A stretch of 63,894 nucleotides of DNA, filler included, from Perkinsus olseni (lineage: Eukaryota), in the NCBI GenBank assembly GCA_013115125.1. It is 9 parts of 9 records of this genome, joined end to end, with 100 filler letters (N's around TTAATTAATTAA, not from the genome) between each part and the next. Parts side by side here need not be neighbours in the genome. Positions count along the whole stretch, not along the records: positions 7,217 to 14,270 come from JABANN010001049.1; positions 14,371 to 21,414 come from JABANN010001050.1; positions 21,515 to 28,545 come from JABANN010001051.1; 6 more parts are not named here. The stretch is one strand, 5' to 3'. The position numbers were made by a program, and so were the translations under genes. Below, piece by piece: positions 12,175-24,074 of this stretch (position 1 is its first letter; each line of letters opens with the position of its first letter). Under the pieces are notes generated by a model. That model was not told the DNA's origin. It ran no database searches and was given only the letters and a program-made list of their open reading frames with translations.

Positions 12175-13269
12175 GGTGCGGATAATATAAACTCACTCGG
12201 GATCGGCGAGATATTCTTATGATTGATCTTAGGAATCGCGTAACTAGTAGGATTTCCATCAGTGCGTTACCCCAAGACAAGCTCGTAATTAATCTCTGAT
12301 AGGTCAGCTTAGTCAGCGGATGCGCCAAGCTAGCCTGATACTCTTGGAAATCTGTGGACAGCATGATCTCATGCAATCCACCTTACAGCGAGCAGAGCGT
12401 TTCGAGTTCGACTCACCCCTCTCGATCATCGTCAATAACGATCACACGATTCTGTTTCTCATATATGTTGCTCAGATGGATCGGCCTGAGATATTTCACG
12501 AGGAAACAATTGCCATGAACCTCATGGCAGTCGGAGTTCCGGCTCGTGTTCAAAATGCCGGAACCAGAGAGTCGAATCAAGATCATCCACAATCAAGACA
12601 ACGAGTAGTCATCGCCACTTGCGGATAGACCCATACAACGAATCCTATGATTGTATCAAATCGCATGCTCTCACAGAACAGGAATCCCCCGCCACTATAG
12701 TGCCTTAGATACGAACTCGGATGCTGGATGAATATTGGGCGATCCTATCAAGTCTATATCGGGTGGCAGAGCCATCCAAATAGCTCTCGCGAACGGCTAC
12801 TACTGAGCTGCAAGGACAAGAATAAGTAGAGCTTGACCCGACCTGTGTGAATCGAATACGTAGATGACCAAATCATCAGCATTGCCCCCATTTGCAGGAA
12901 GTCCACTATCCTCCAGAATGCCTTCCAAGTCCTCGAGACAGCCGCAGCCGATCATCACAATCTGAATGGCAGGTTAAGAGTTCGCGTACCTTCCTCAAAA
13001 AGACTTTGAAAGCCAGATCTGGCGCTCTGAGAACTATCGGTTATAACAGGAGCGACAAAAATTACATCGGGCCATTCCAAGGTAAGCAGATATGAATAAT
13101 TCCATCCCGTAAGACGGCACAAAACACAAGCAGCCTCTATATTTCTCATAATCACTCAACCCCTACCATGTCGGTAAACAAGTTTATATGACACTCTCCA
13201 AGTCAGAACATATAAGTTCATCCGATACGTAAGTGCTTAATTACAGGGCTGGAGTGTAATCTAGCTTCT

Positions 13270-13652
13270 TCTATACCAGAACATGCCGTGACCCCCTAAG
13301 TACACTTCGAACATCCCTATGCCTGGTGGCTTCTGCCTGCCCCATGCGGGCTCTAGCGACATCAAAAATAGCTGATCTCGCCTCGAGCATGTGGCTGATG
13401 GGCTCCACAGCAAACTTCACACCTTCTCGTGTGAGCAGTGACTGAGTAGAATACCCGCAAACCCCAATATACTCCAACCATCTCCTTTACTACAGAGAAT
13501 ATGACAGCACCGCAAACTCCATCGCAATCAATAGCAGCCAATACGAGCACTGTTGCCCCTGAAGGTTGCCGCCTAGCACGTAGCTTTAAGTCGGTTATGA
13601 CTTGAAACTGAAGCGCGAGCAAGAACGGCGCTAAAGAGATGGTATGGTACAT
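13270..13652 (-). CDS. 5' exons of a putative secreted multi-exon hypothetical protein
   Basis: MYHTISLAPFLLALQFQVITDLKLRARR, then GT...AG introns of about 50 nt. Confidence 0.3.
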
Positions 13653-14270
13653 GTTCGGTCGGGATTCTCCACCGTCGAAATTGAGGGAGCTCTTTCCTAG
13701 GCGGGTACCCGTCACAATTTTCTGCTACATATTGTGATCCCAAATAGTTCTGCCTACGGAAACAATTATGAATCATTTCTCCCAGACCCCAAGGGGCATC
13801 CGACGACCGCTATCGCAAGCTGCAAGCCTCAAAGCGTCCCCGACTTCACTTTAACACGCAACTTAGGACCCAAGCGCACGAAAATAGAACACAGGTCTTA
13901 CAGCAATCTTTCAGTTACGAACAGGAATTACGATCCTGGATTAGGATTAGGATGGATTAGGATTTACTGGCTATCGCACTGTTCATGACCGACTGACCTA
14001 CCCGACCTATCGAACAAGCCCTATGAAGATCTCACTAAGAAAGTGTAGTGTCCGAGTATTACCGCGTAATTGTCATTTCCTGTTTCCGGGTTGATGTTAA
14101 ATCGTACCATACTGTTGGGAGATGATACACTGCAACGAAAGAGGAATACGCAACCCCAGAATGAATTTCCTCAGTGGAGTTCACCGTGCAAGCATACACG
14201 CGGGCTGTTCAGTAAATCGATCCCGGGACTCGGGATCAATCCCAGGACTGACCGAAGCCTTTTTCTGTTC

Positions 14271-14370
14271 NNNNNNNNNNNNNNNNNNNNNNNNNNNNNN
14301 NNNNNNNNNNNNNNTTAATTAATTAANNNNNNNNNNNNNNNNNNNNNNNNNNNNNNNNNNNNNNNNNNNN
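14271..14370. other. Artificial contig spacer 2
   Basis: 44 N + TTAATTAATTAA + 44 N. Confidence 0.97.
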
Positions 14371-15282
14371 CTCAAACACGTAGTATGTGCTGAATTAGAC
14401 TGATTTTTGTGATTTGCATATCGAATTGGAACACCCTGTATGTGCTAGCACTCGCCTCAGTCACTCTTTCGATGGGAGCACGCGTGCGCGGAGTCATTTG
14501 GTGCGATTCTCCCCCATCCTCCTGTGAGGGTATCCAGGAGTGACAGCAATAGATATCGATGCTCTTCTTAGTCGGAGCTTCTACTTTCAGTGAATGTTTA
14601 TTTCGTACCTTCCCTGGCTAGATCGCCGGCTCGCGCTCGTGCTGAGAGGATCACCGCTTATGCGTGCTATGGACAACCATCGTCAAGTGGCACCGATGCC
14701 ATTAGCCAGGCCAGGCCAATTTCATACTTCAACATAGCATCTGATACGGATCACCTCAAGAAAGTGAGTAAGATATACCAATCGATTTCCGATATATACC
14801 ATTTGTATCATACCAATCAATGTATCTCAATATACCGTCACCGATCCATACATACTTCGGGTCGCGTTTAAACACTATTGTATGTCGATAAAGGGATCGT
14901 ATGTACCTTTGCTCTCGGCTGTCATTCATGAAACCTTCGAGAAGATGTCCTGGCCGGATTGGGAGGGGCAAGGGTTGGGGGACTGACAAAGGAAACGTGC
15001 GACGTGATCTCAAAAAAGCGGCGCAAGATCGTGGACTCAAGCTCGACATTACCGAGCGGACGATTCTGGAACAACTGCCATCGGCTCGCTTCACAGAAAT
15101 ATGCAAACGCTGGCTACTTTTGATTCGCAGCGGTATGGGTACTCCCCCGCTGGGCCTGTCTGTTCGCCGCTCGGGATTAGAGAAAGCGAGGAGGATCGCC
15201 GAAGAGTTAGGAAGTCAATATAGCAGTTGGTTTGACCGCGTCCTCCAGCGGTCGGAGTGGGGCATAGTAGGTCTACTAGGCA

Positions 15283-15530
15283 TCATAGGAGCATTAATAG
15301 TAGCCGTCGGNNNNNNNNNNNNNNNNNNNNNNNNNNNNNNNNNNNNNNNNNNNNNNNNNNNNNNNNNNNNNNNNNNNNNNNNNNNNNNNNNNNNNNNNNN
15401 NNNNNNNNNTAATCATAGGAGCATTAGTAGTAGCCGTCGTAATCATAGGAGCATTAGTAGTAGCCGTCGTAATCATAGGAGCATTAGTAGTAGCCGTCGT
15501 AATCATAGGAGCGTTAGTAGTAGCCGCCGT
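15283..15530. repeat. 30-bp minisatellite spanning an internal gap, upstream of the transposase ATG
   Basis: Unit aatcataggagcattagtagtagccgtcgt occurs on both sides of the N run. Confidence 0.9.
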
Positions 15531-15596
15531 CATCATATTGGAATATTGGGAGCAGTGGTAATTTGGACCCACTCACAGCGTGATTTCCTCAATCTT

Positions 15597-17908
15597 ATGT
15601 CATCCCACGCTTCGAATACTGCTGGACCAAGCGTCCAGTATAGAGCTAAATCGTATGTATCCATCGATTACGGAGGCCAGGCTCGTATATTCCACGATTT
15701 AGAGTCTGCGGAGACAGCACTGGAAGAAACTGTGGGAACTACAATGCACTCAAGAGGACAGCCGTACAACCGTAAGGACGGGAGCGCGAGCTACCGCTAT
15801 ATATGTGCATATAACAAGCGAAAGGGATGGCATGCCTGTGACTATCAAGGGCTCATTGTACTTCGCGTTGATGGTTCCTATGTGGTGAACGTCGAAGAGT
15901 CGCCGCACGCTCCCCACAAGCGCTTGCAAAGAGGTGCCGATTGTGCCCGTAGGATGCCGAAGGAAGCCATGGGAATTATCACCGAGCATGCTGGGCGAGC
16001 GCGGCCTAACGAAATCTATCGAGTTCTGAGGAACCGCGGTATGCTCACGGGAGTCAAAAATCCCCAAAAGAGTATCCACAATAAGGTTTACCGGACTAAA
16101 AATCGGGTCGCTGATACAGAGGTCGGCCTTGCAACGGGAGCTTCGAAAGCCGAGATACGTGAGTTCTGCAACAACAGGCGTGCCTTACCACAATGCATGG
16201 ATGATGCTTACTGTATTTATTTCGATGAAAGTCCTGAAGATGGTCTCATCATCGCTTGGTCTGCACCAGAATTATTATTGAAGTACGGATCTGAACCGGT
16301 GGTAACAGCGGATTTCACTTATGGTTTGAATTGGATGGCGCGACCGAATTTCCTATATGGTGTTCTGGTAAATGGTACTTTCCGCTTATTATGCATAGCG
16401 GTCACGACTAACGAGTCTGGATCTACTGTGAGAAGCGTCATGGGAGCAGTTCGGGACGAATGCCACCGCTTGGCGCGCTGGAAGGGGGTATCGCTCGAAC
16501 ACTCGCCCCGAACGCTGATTGCGGATGGGGCAGAGCAGATAACGACGGGTTTCAGTGACGTAAGACATATGGCGATCCGTCCTACCTGCTATCATCCCCG
16601 TCGTAGTCGTGAAGTACTGGTACAGACTCGTGCTTCGAAGCAATACAGCCGCTCCTTATCATCGTTATCAAGTTCGCAATACAGCCGCTCCTTATCATCG
16701 TTATCAAGTTCGCAATACAGCAGCTCCTTATAATCGTTATCAAGTTCGCAATACAGCCGCTCCTTATCATCGTTATCAAGTTGAGAAATACAGCCGCTCC
16801 TTATCATCGTTACCATATTTTCATGTGAGGAAGTCGCAACGCCATTATCATAGTTGGTTCACGGTTGATTAGGCGATGAAATATTTCTGCCTCAGGTATT
16901 CGGGAACGTCCGGCCCGATAAGCTGACACGCGATCTAACCTGGCCAATGGAATCTGCAGATGCCGCAGACCGATCGCCGAGAGTCAGGTTGTACTGTTGG
17001 GTACATATGGAACGAAGGGTACTGCAAGCATCTCGCAAGGCGATCAACGAGTCCACCGAGCCCAACGCAATCGCCGTGGAGCAGAGACGGGCCGAGTTCA
17101 AATCCGACTTAGTTGCATTGCAGCAGGCACCGAACGACGAACAGTTCGCCATGGCAGCCTCCCTGCTGGTCGCAAAATGGAGGAGCATGTATCCAGATTT
17201 TATCGAAACCTTTCAACAAGGATGGCTCCGTGAACGAGCGTCCTGGGGTCAATGCTGCAGAGACGTGGAAAGCGGTATAGCCCGCCACTCGTGTGCAATA
17301 GAGGGAGTTAATTCGGGATTAAAAAGAGGTTAGCCGATGTTGACTCTCCACTCGATGAGGAACCTACCTCGCCCTCAGGAAAGATAGCGAAATCTGCCAC
17401 CATTCCCGCCCTCATCAAAGAGATGATAGGATATGCAGAGGATTGCGCCATGGCTGCAGCAGAGGAGCCTGATGACGATATGCAAGTCAGGCGCCGTCGA
17501 GCAACAGCAGGGGCGAAATGGGCAGAGAAACACGCTAAAACAGAACGAGGGATCAGAAGAAATATGATTTACACGGACGAGGAAGCGAGAATATACATCA
17601 TTGCGACGGATAGCCTTGTGCGGGCAGCTGGAAGTCGAGAGACCTTGGATTTCACTATCGAGCAGTATGCAAGGAAGTTCCTTGGAAAGCCAAGCCTACC
17701 TTGGCGGAATTTCGATGATTTCAAGGCGATCTCTCAGAATGCCTTCATCATAGATCGAGAGAACTATTGTTGTACCTGCTATAACTGCCGCTTTCCACCG
17801 TGTGAGCACAGTGCTGCTGTACGTTTCCTCGAAGGACTGACGGTGGCAAACTTCGAGTGGGATGACCTCGTGACATACGGCCAAAGACCAACCGGACGAC
17901 CACGGTAG
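15597..17908 (+). mobile_element. Spliced MULE/Mutator-family DDE transposase gene (exons 15597-16559, 16896-17328, 17379-about 17905; probably extends further 3')
   Basis: N-terminal C...C...HxH WRKY/GCM1-type finger (YICAY...ACDY...HAPH). Catalytic motifs TADFTY, LIADGAEQI, YCWVH and IEGVNSGLK. SWIM finger CTC...PCEH, then RPTGRPR. Introns 16560-16895 and 17329-17378 restore the frame. Confidence 0.88.
16640..16812. repeat. 36-bp minisatellite inside transposase intron 1
   Basis: Unit caatacagccgctccttatcatcgttatcaagttcg, 4-5 copies. Confidence 0.9.
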
Positions 17909-18535
17909 TCAGTATCTAGGCGACCTCGGGTCTGCACAATGCTCTCAAGTGCTATTTCGATCAGGCACAGCAAGACTAAGGCTCTGGAAATTGACCCCAT
18001 TTACGCTTTGAGAGCCCAGGGAAATCTACAAGACCGGCGAATTCGCGACCGCCCGACAACTCTCCGGCTCCCAGAGAGTGCAAGAATAATCCATACGACC
18101 GGTACTAAAGAATCATACATTGTCCCCACCGGAATCTGTCGAAGGGATAGTGCGTCTAGTACCAGTGGTCCAGGCTCGGGCTCACGGCGAAGTCGAAACT
18201 TGTCTACCAACAGGTCCTTTGGGGAGTGCTTCTCCGGCACCTGAGCGACCCACGATAAGCCCGAATCTGCCAATGATGGACAACACATCACAATCGGATT
18301 CAGATGAGTGTACAAAGTCTACGCGTCGAGGCTCCTCTTCTCGAGTCTCCCTGAATATTGGCCGCTAAGGTTTTTCCGCTGCTTCAGATTCATCGCTGGG
18401 TACACCCTCTCACTCCAGGCAGCACGCGACGAGCCAAAACTATTCCGGGCTGGGCGACCCAGTGAGTTCACAACCTGAGGAGCGTAAAGATCAGGAACCG
18501 TTTACGAAGGTTGAACATTTGTAGCCATCAGGTAT

Positions 18536-20203
18536 CGTAGGTAGCTCTCTGCCTCACTCTGAGCCGCTCGTAAGCACTGCGCGTCATGGAAGAGGCAGTC
18601 CAACGGAATCACCACCCCGGAATCGTAGAACAGCCCAGCGCGACGATTTCCATATTTCTTCTATCCCGCGCAAGAAGGCTCACCATGAGATAGATGAAGC
18701 GTATTGCTGGCTCTTCTCTTGCTTCAGATCCATTGTGCTTCACACCCCCGGCATCACAGCGAGTCCCAAGGACCCGATATCGCCAAGGCGATGGCGACTC
18801 AGCATCCGCAGCATCTGACGAAGGTAAGAGAAAGATAGCTGATACCTTGCTATGCTGTAATCCGGCTCACATCTGTAACGGAGTAGTTGGAATCTACTGT
18901 TAAGCATCCCTCAGATCCGTCCCTCGCCACACCTTCTGGCTCCCGGCCGCCCGCTGCAATCGTGGACTATCGTAGGCAGAATAGCCCAACACATTCGCAA
19001 TCTGAGGAGCGTAATAGTGAGGGTGTTTTCTGCAAGCCTCTGGATCCCTTGAATATCAAACACTTTAAACTGTTACAGTTACCACCCCCTCATCATCCTT
19101 TTCGAAAATTAGTCATCTGTAGCCATCATGTCGCGCAGGCAGCTCACTTTTCATTTCTGAGCCGCTCGTGAGCGGTTTCCTTCATGGAAGAGCCACTCTA
19201 GCAAAAACAACACCCAAGCATCGCAGAAGTGCCCATCGCGGCGGTTCGTATAATCCTCCCATCCGCGAAAGAACCCTTACCGGGAGATAGAACGTGCGTA
19301 TCATTGGCTCTTCTCCTGCTGTAGGTCCATTGTGCGTCACACCTGCCTCACAGCGAGACGCAAGGACCCAGTGTTGTCGATCCGATGGCCGTTCAGCATT
19401 TGCAGCATCTGAGGAAGGTAAAAATAAAGTAGATACCTTGCTATGCTGTAATCCCGCCCGCATGTCGAGAGGAGTAATTGTACTCTGCTGCTTGTTAAAA
19501 TCTCAGAGCAATCGCAAGTCACACGGTCTTGCTCTGGGCCACATGCTATGACCCAGGACTATCCAAGGTTGGACAGCCCAGGGATTTCGCAGTCCAAGGA
19601 GCGTAAAGATCGGGATGAGTGTTGCCTTTCGCATCCTCCAATATCAAGCCATTATCACCTATTCTCTGATACAGCGTATTCAGAAGTAGAGCATTTTTAG
19701 CCATCAGATGTCGTTGGGCATACGACGTAGGTAGCTCTCTGCCTCACTCTGAGCCGCTCGTAAGCACTGCGCGTCATGGAAGAGGCAGTCCAACGGAATC
19801 ACCACCCCGGAATCGTAGAACAGCCCAGCGCGACGATTTCCATATTTCTTCTATCCCGCGCAAGAAGGCTCACCATGAGATAGATGAAGCGTATTGCTGG
19901 CTCTTCTCTTGCTTCAGATCCATTGTGCTTCACACATCCGGCATCACAGCGGGCCCCAAGGACCCGATATCGCCAAGGCGATGGCGACTCAGCATCCGCA
20001 GCATCTGACGAAGGTAAGAGAAAGATAGCTGATACCTTGCTATGCTGTAATCCGGCTCACATCTGTAACGGAGTAGTTGGAATCTACTGTTAAGCATCCC
20101 TCAGATCCGTCCCTCGCCACACCTTCTGGCTCCCGGCCGCCCGCTGCAATCGTGGACCATCGCAGGCAGAATAGCCCAACACATTCGCAATCTGAGGAGC
20201 GTA
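18536..20203. repeat. Tandem units of about 600 bp in an A-B-A arrangement
   Basis: 18536-19013 is near-identical to 19726-20203 (offset 1190). A diverged copy lies at about 19120-19610. Confidence 0.9.
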
Positions 20204-21414
20204 GTCCGCAAAAATCACGTTTTCGCACTAGCTGTGGCCGATCTCTGTGTAGATCCCCAGAACTGGGAAGCTCGCCATCAGGACGGTCCCGTTCGGTCTA
20301 TGACTATGGCCGCTGAGATGATGAATACGAAGCAGCAGGAAGCGAGGGCGGTGAGTGCAGATGCTGCGCACGGGCTGCTCCTGCTCGCAGCTCTGAGTTA
20401 TATCTTGCTCGAGCAGCCCGATACCACCACACCTCCACTGGCGAAAAGACTTCGGAACCGCCCTCGACCTGATTACGTCCAGATGGAGAAGGGCAAGCGT
20501 GCCGAAGTTGACAGAGGAATGCTTGCTTGGAGGAACTAGAACGCATTAGTCAAGTTCTTATGGCGACCTCCTCATGCAAGACTACGGAATTCATATTCAT
20601 ATTATGAATGCAACAACGGGAGTCACTGTCTCGCTGTTGAAAACTAATTAATATCATTATACTCCACCTCTCCAGCTGGTAGTGGTGTCGGGTTGTAGTA
20701 GATTGGATAGGATGGGTCATCCCTCAGGGATGTCAATGCGACCAGTCCCCAAAAGACTGCCGAACCCTCTGGAGCTATTTAGAGAACGCATGTCCTCTGA
20801 TCTGACATATATGACAGTCTGGGAACTAACTCAACACTAACCTTGGCCTGCTGAAAAATTATGTCGAAGCTGTCGAAACAATCTGCACGACAGAATCTGC
20901 AGGCATCTCAATCTAATTTTTACCAAGACACACATCGAAGGCTCACGAAGAACCGCGTGTAAGGGCATAACACTCAACAACTGACTCTCAACTTGAGCAT
21001 CATAGAGCCCGGGATACAACGTGGAGCATACACGCTTCGCGGCCGGCTGACTCAGGCGGGTGGGAATCGACAGTACACTGACCACAGACAGCCTCAGCAA
21101 GGACCCTGTGAGTTCTTCCTCAGCAAGGAAGAAGGCCACCTGATGGCCTTCTTCCTGAACGGGATACGTCACACTACTGGCATTTCACGTTGGGGCCTCT
21201 GGGAAGTGCATCCCGTCTCACGGCCATGTGTCGCGACCAGTCTTGCGTACCCCTCTGAGGGAAACTGCGTGCGGCTTAGCAGGGGCTAAGGCACCTTGTA
21301 TCCCCGAGCCGGACTCACTGAGGCTCGAGCACGCTTGCCAACAGGGCGTTTCCTAAGAAGATTTCTATAGCGGATCTACATGTTCATGAGTTGCAGTATA
21401 ATTTGAACGACCGT

Positions 21415-21514
21415 NNNNNNNNNNNNNNNNNNNNNNNNNNNNNNNNNNNNNNNNNNNNTTAATTAATTAANNNNNNNNNNNNNNNNNNNNNNNNNNNNNN
21501 NNNNNNNNNNNNNN
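21415..21514. other. Artificial contig spacer 3
   Basis: 44 N + TTAATTAATTAA + 44 N. Confidence 0.97.
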
Positions 21515-22912
21515 AGTCTTGTACGGTCGGTCGTTGAGAAATTTCAAGAGTTCAAAGTTGTTCACGAAGTTTTGAAACTCCCTTTAATACGGTGGTATTA
21601 GGCATGATTTTTCGGCCAAACTTCTACGCCATGAGGCTGAGTAGAGGTAAATAATTTTAACAACACATCGCTCACCGTCTGACTATAATTCGGACTCGTA
21701 GTGCGGAAGTTCCGTCGAGAACTAAGCCATGTATTTCATTTTACTTAACAAGTGCATTCTCTGCAGCTTTGGACTAGCGAAATCACACACACTGTAAGAT
21801 TTTCAAGGCGCAGCGCAAAAGAGAGAAACGCTGGGCCACACGAAGACCCCGTGAATAAGTAAGTCCCCGAACCCCTGGCTCCCCCCGTAATTGAGGCTGA
21901 ATTACAGGCGAAGCTGAGGACGGGGAAGCTGAAACCCCTCCCGAGGGCTGAGAGGCAAGCAGGCAGCCGAACAGTCACCCAGGGGAAGCAGATCCCCAGG
22001 GGGGTAAAACGGAATATTCCATCGAGTAGTGGAATCAGATACAATCAACCACTTCTTTGGTCTGCTATAAGACGAAGGCTCGTATGCCAGTAAGAAATTG
22101 TAAACGGCCCTGGTCAGTGGGGCTGCATTTTACGTGCGAAAAACATCTTCCGGAGTCGATAATGAGTTTCAGAATTACTTCATTGGGCGAAGGGGAATAA
22201 GGAAAGAGCCTGACGGGAGAATATGCTGATCCTTTGTTACTGGTAATCAGCAAGGGACCAGTAGAATTTCTTCTGCTGTCGATCCTCGGCTAAGTGGAGA
22301 CTGACTCATACACGCCATTGTGAAGTGTACAAATCGTTGAATCAGTGAAACGTTAATCATCAGCCTCAACCAGCCAAGCAGCGCCCGGAAGCTCGGGTCA
22401 ATGAATTGAGGGCAGTAGAGACTTGCTTGCCTTCTGCGGCACGCAGGTCAGAAGGTACCGTCGTGAGCTACAATGAAACAAAGACCGCAGAGACTCTGCG
22501 GCGCAGACCAGACGGCAACTGGGCGTTTGTTCGCTAGCGATAAACAAACGACTTCTGTTAACTTACTTCTGCTGCCGAATTCCATCTCAGCTTGCTTTGG
22601 CTGGAAAGATAACCTTATTGAGTGGCACGGAATTACCAATTGCATGGTTCAAGATAGAATCTTGCGCTCTTGAAATTCCTAAGCGCATTTTGCCAATTTG
22701 CACGCATGTGCACATCGTCGTCTCTTCGTGTCTAGTAGTTGTTTTGACGAACACCGCCTTCGACCTAAGATATGTATTGGAGAGAGCAAGCATCACCGCA
22801 AGAAGCGATGAACCCAACTTATCATCAGACTCACAAGATACCGCCTGGGCAGTGGAATCTTTCGGGTGAGTAAAGATTCTCTCGGGTGAAACGGCCATGA
22901 GAGTATCTTGGG

Positions 22913-24074
22913 TTGACTCGCGTTTCAGTCAGTACCTGCGACCCCTCGCCGAGATCTAATTTCGAGGCGCGTGACGATGATGATGATTCTACAGAGGAGC
23001 GGTACTACGTTGGAAGGCCTTTGTTCCGAGGGCAGGAAAATTGTACTTACTTTTCCCCTCGTCAAGAAGATACTCATTATGAAACGGCTGATCGATTTGG
23101 ATTCTTCAACAGCAGAGAAGGTTCACCGCCCTTCACGCCCTGTGCAACCGGTGTACGCGACATTGATGGCGACTTCTGGGAAGATTCCGATTTGCGCACA
23201 GCGAAGAATTTCTGTGAACCTCGAGAGTACGAAGATACTCGAGGATTCTATCTGAGCATCGAGGTTGATGATCATGGTGGTGGTGATAATAACGATCATG
23301 TTTATGCTACAAATTGGGCTCCAGCGGCTACACCGGACTCCTACGGTGTCTACCCGCCTTCCATGCCGGATGGTTATTACAACAGGCGTTACGATCCGCG
23401 GGAAGAGACTGATGAGGCGAGAAGATATTTTCATAGGGGCGTCGATTATGACTTTTACCGGGACTACAATTTTTATCAGTCAGAAGGCAGTGGGCAGGGT
23501 GATCACTACGAGGTAGTTAAGGTGGCTCTTTACGCGATCCAAAGATACCTTTAGGTTGACAAAATTTTGGTATGTGCTATTTGTAACGAGGATATCATTG
23601 CAAGTGGCAGACGCTTTGGTCTGCTTGAGAATTGCTCCCATCCTTTCTGTTTAGAGTGCATACGGAAATGGCGCGATCAGAAGGGCACTCAGGACCGGAG
23701 TAACTTGCGTCTTTGTCCGCTTTGTCGGGTAGAGAGTTTTCTCATCACCCCGTCGGAAAGATTCTTGCCGGATGGACCGGAGAAGAGGGAGGTTATCAGA
23801 GGCTATAAGGAAGCGCTTTCGAGGATACCGTGTAAGTTCATTGTGGCGGGCGAGGAGTGTCCCTTTGGGAGCTCTTGTTATTATAAGCACAGCGATGATG
23901 ACGATGAATGGGTTGATGCTGGCGAAAAACGGGAAAAAAGATTCCTACACGGTGCAGATGGTAAGATTCGACCTCGTTTGGAATCTGTCAGAGCGACTTG
24001 AAGATACTCCTTCAGGTAAAGTCCAGTGCCTACGGAATCCAAAGCTCTCGGACTTTCTCTTCCCGTCCAAGTAG
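22913..24074 (+). CDS. MKRN: Makorin-family RING/CCCH E3 ubiquitin ligase; 5' exons unresolved
   Basis: CAICNE...RFGLLENCSHPFCLECIRKWR...CPLCR (makorin RING) and PCKF...CPFGSSCYYKH (CCCH). Introns 23513-23554 and 23961-24015; ends LSDFLFPSK*. Confidence 0.9.

Noticed and set aside
14901..16733. The 610-aa ORF as a single protein
   Set aside because: It reads through an N gap, a minisatellite and intron 1. The plausible start is 15597, and the gene is spliced at 16560.
15283..16812. 30-36 bp repeats (also at 32341 and 57839) as CRISPR arrays
   Set aside because: The units are head-to-tail with no unique spacers, there are no cas genes and the context is eukaryotic.
14960..20770. TIR pair for the MULE element (ggggactg / cagtcccc)
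   Set aside because: Only about 8 bp of inverted match and no target-site duplication seen.
21914..21935. Hammerhead ribozyme core CTGAGGA...GAAAC
   Set aside because: Stem II does not close (C opposite T), and no stems I and III with a cleavage triplet were found.
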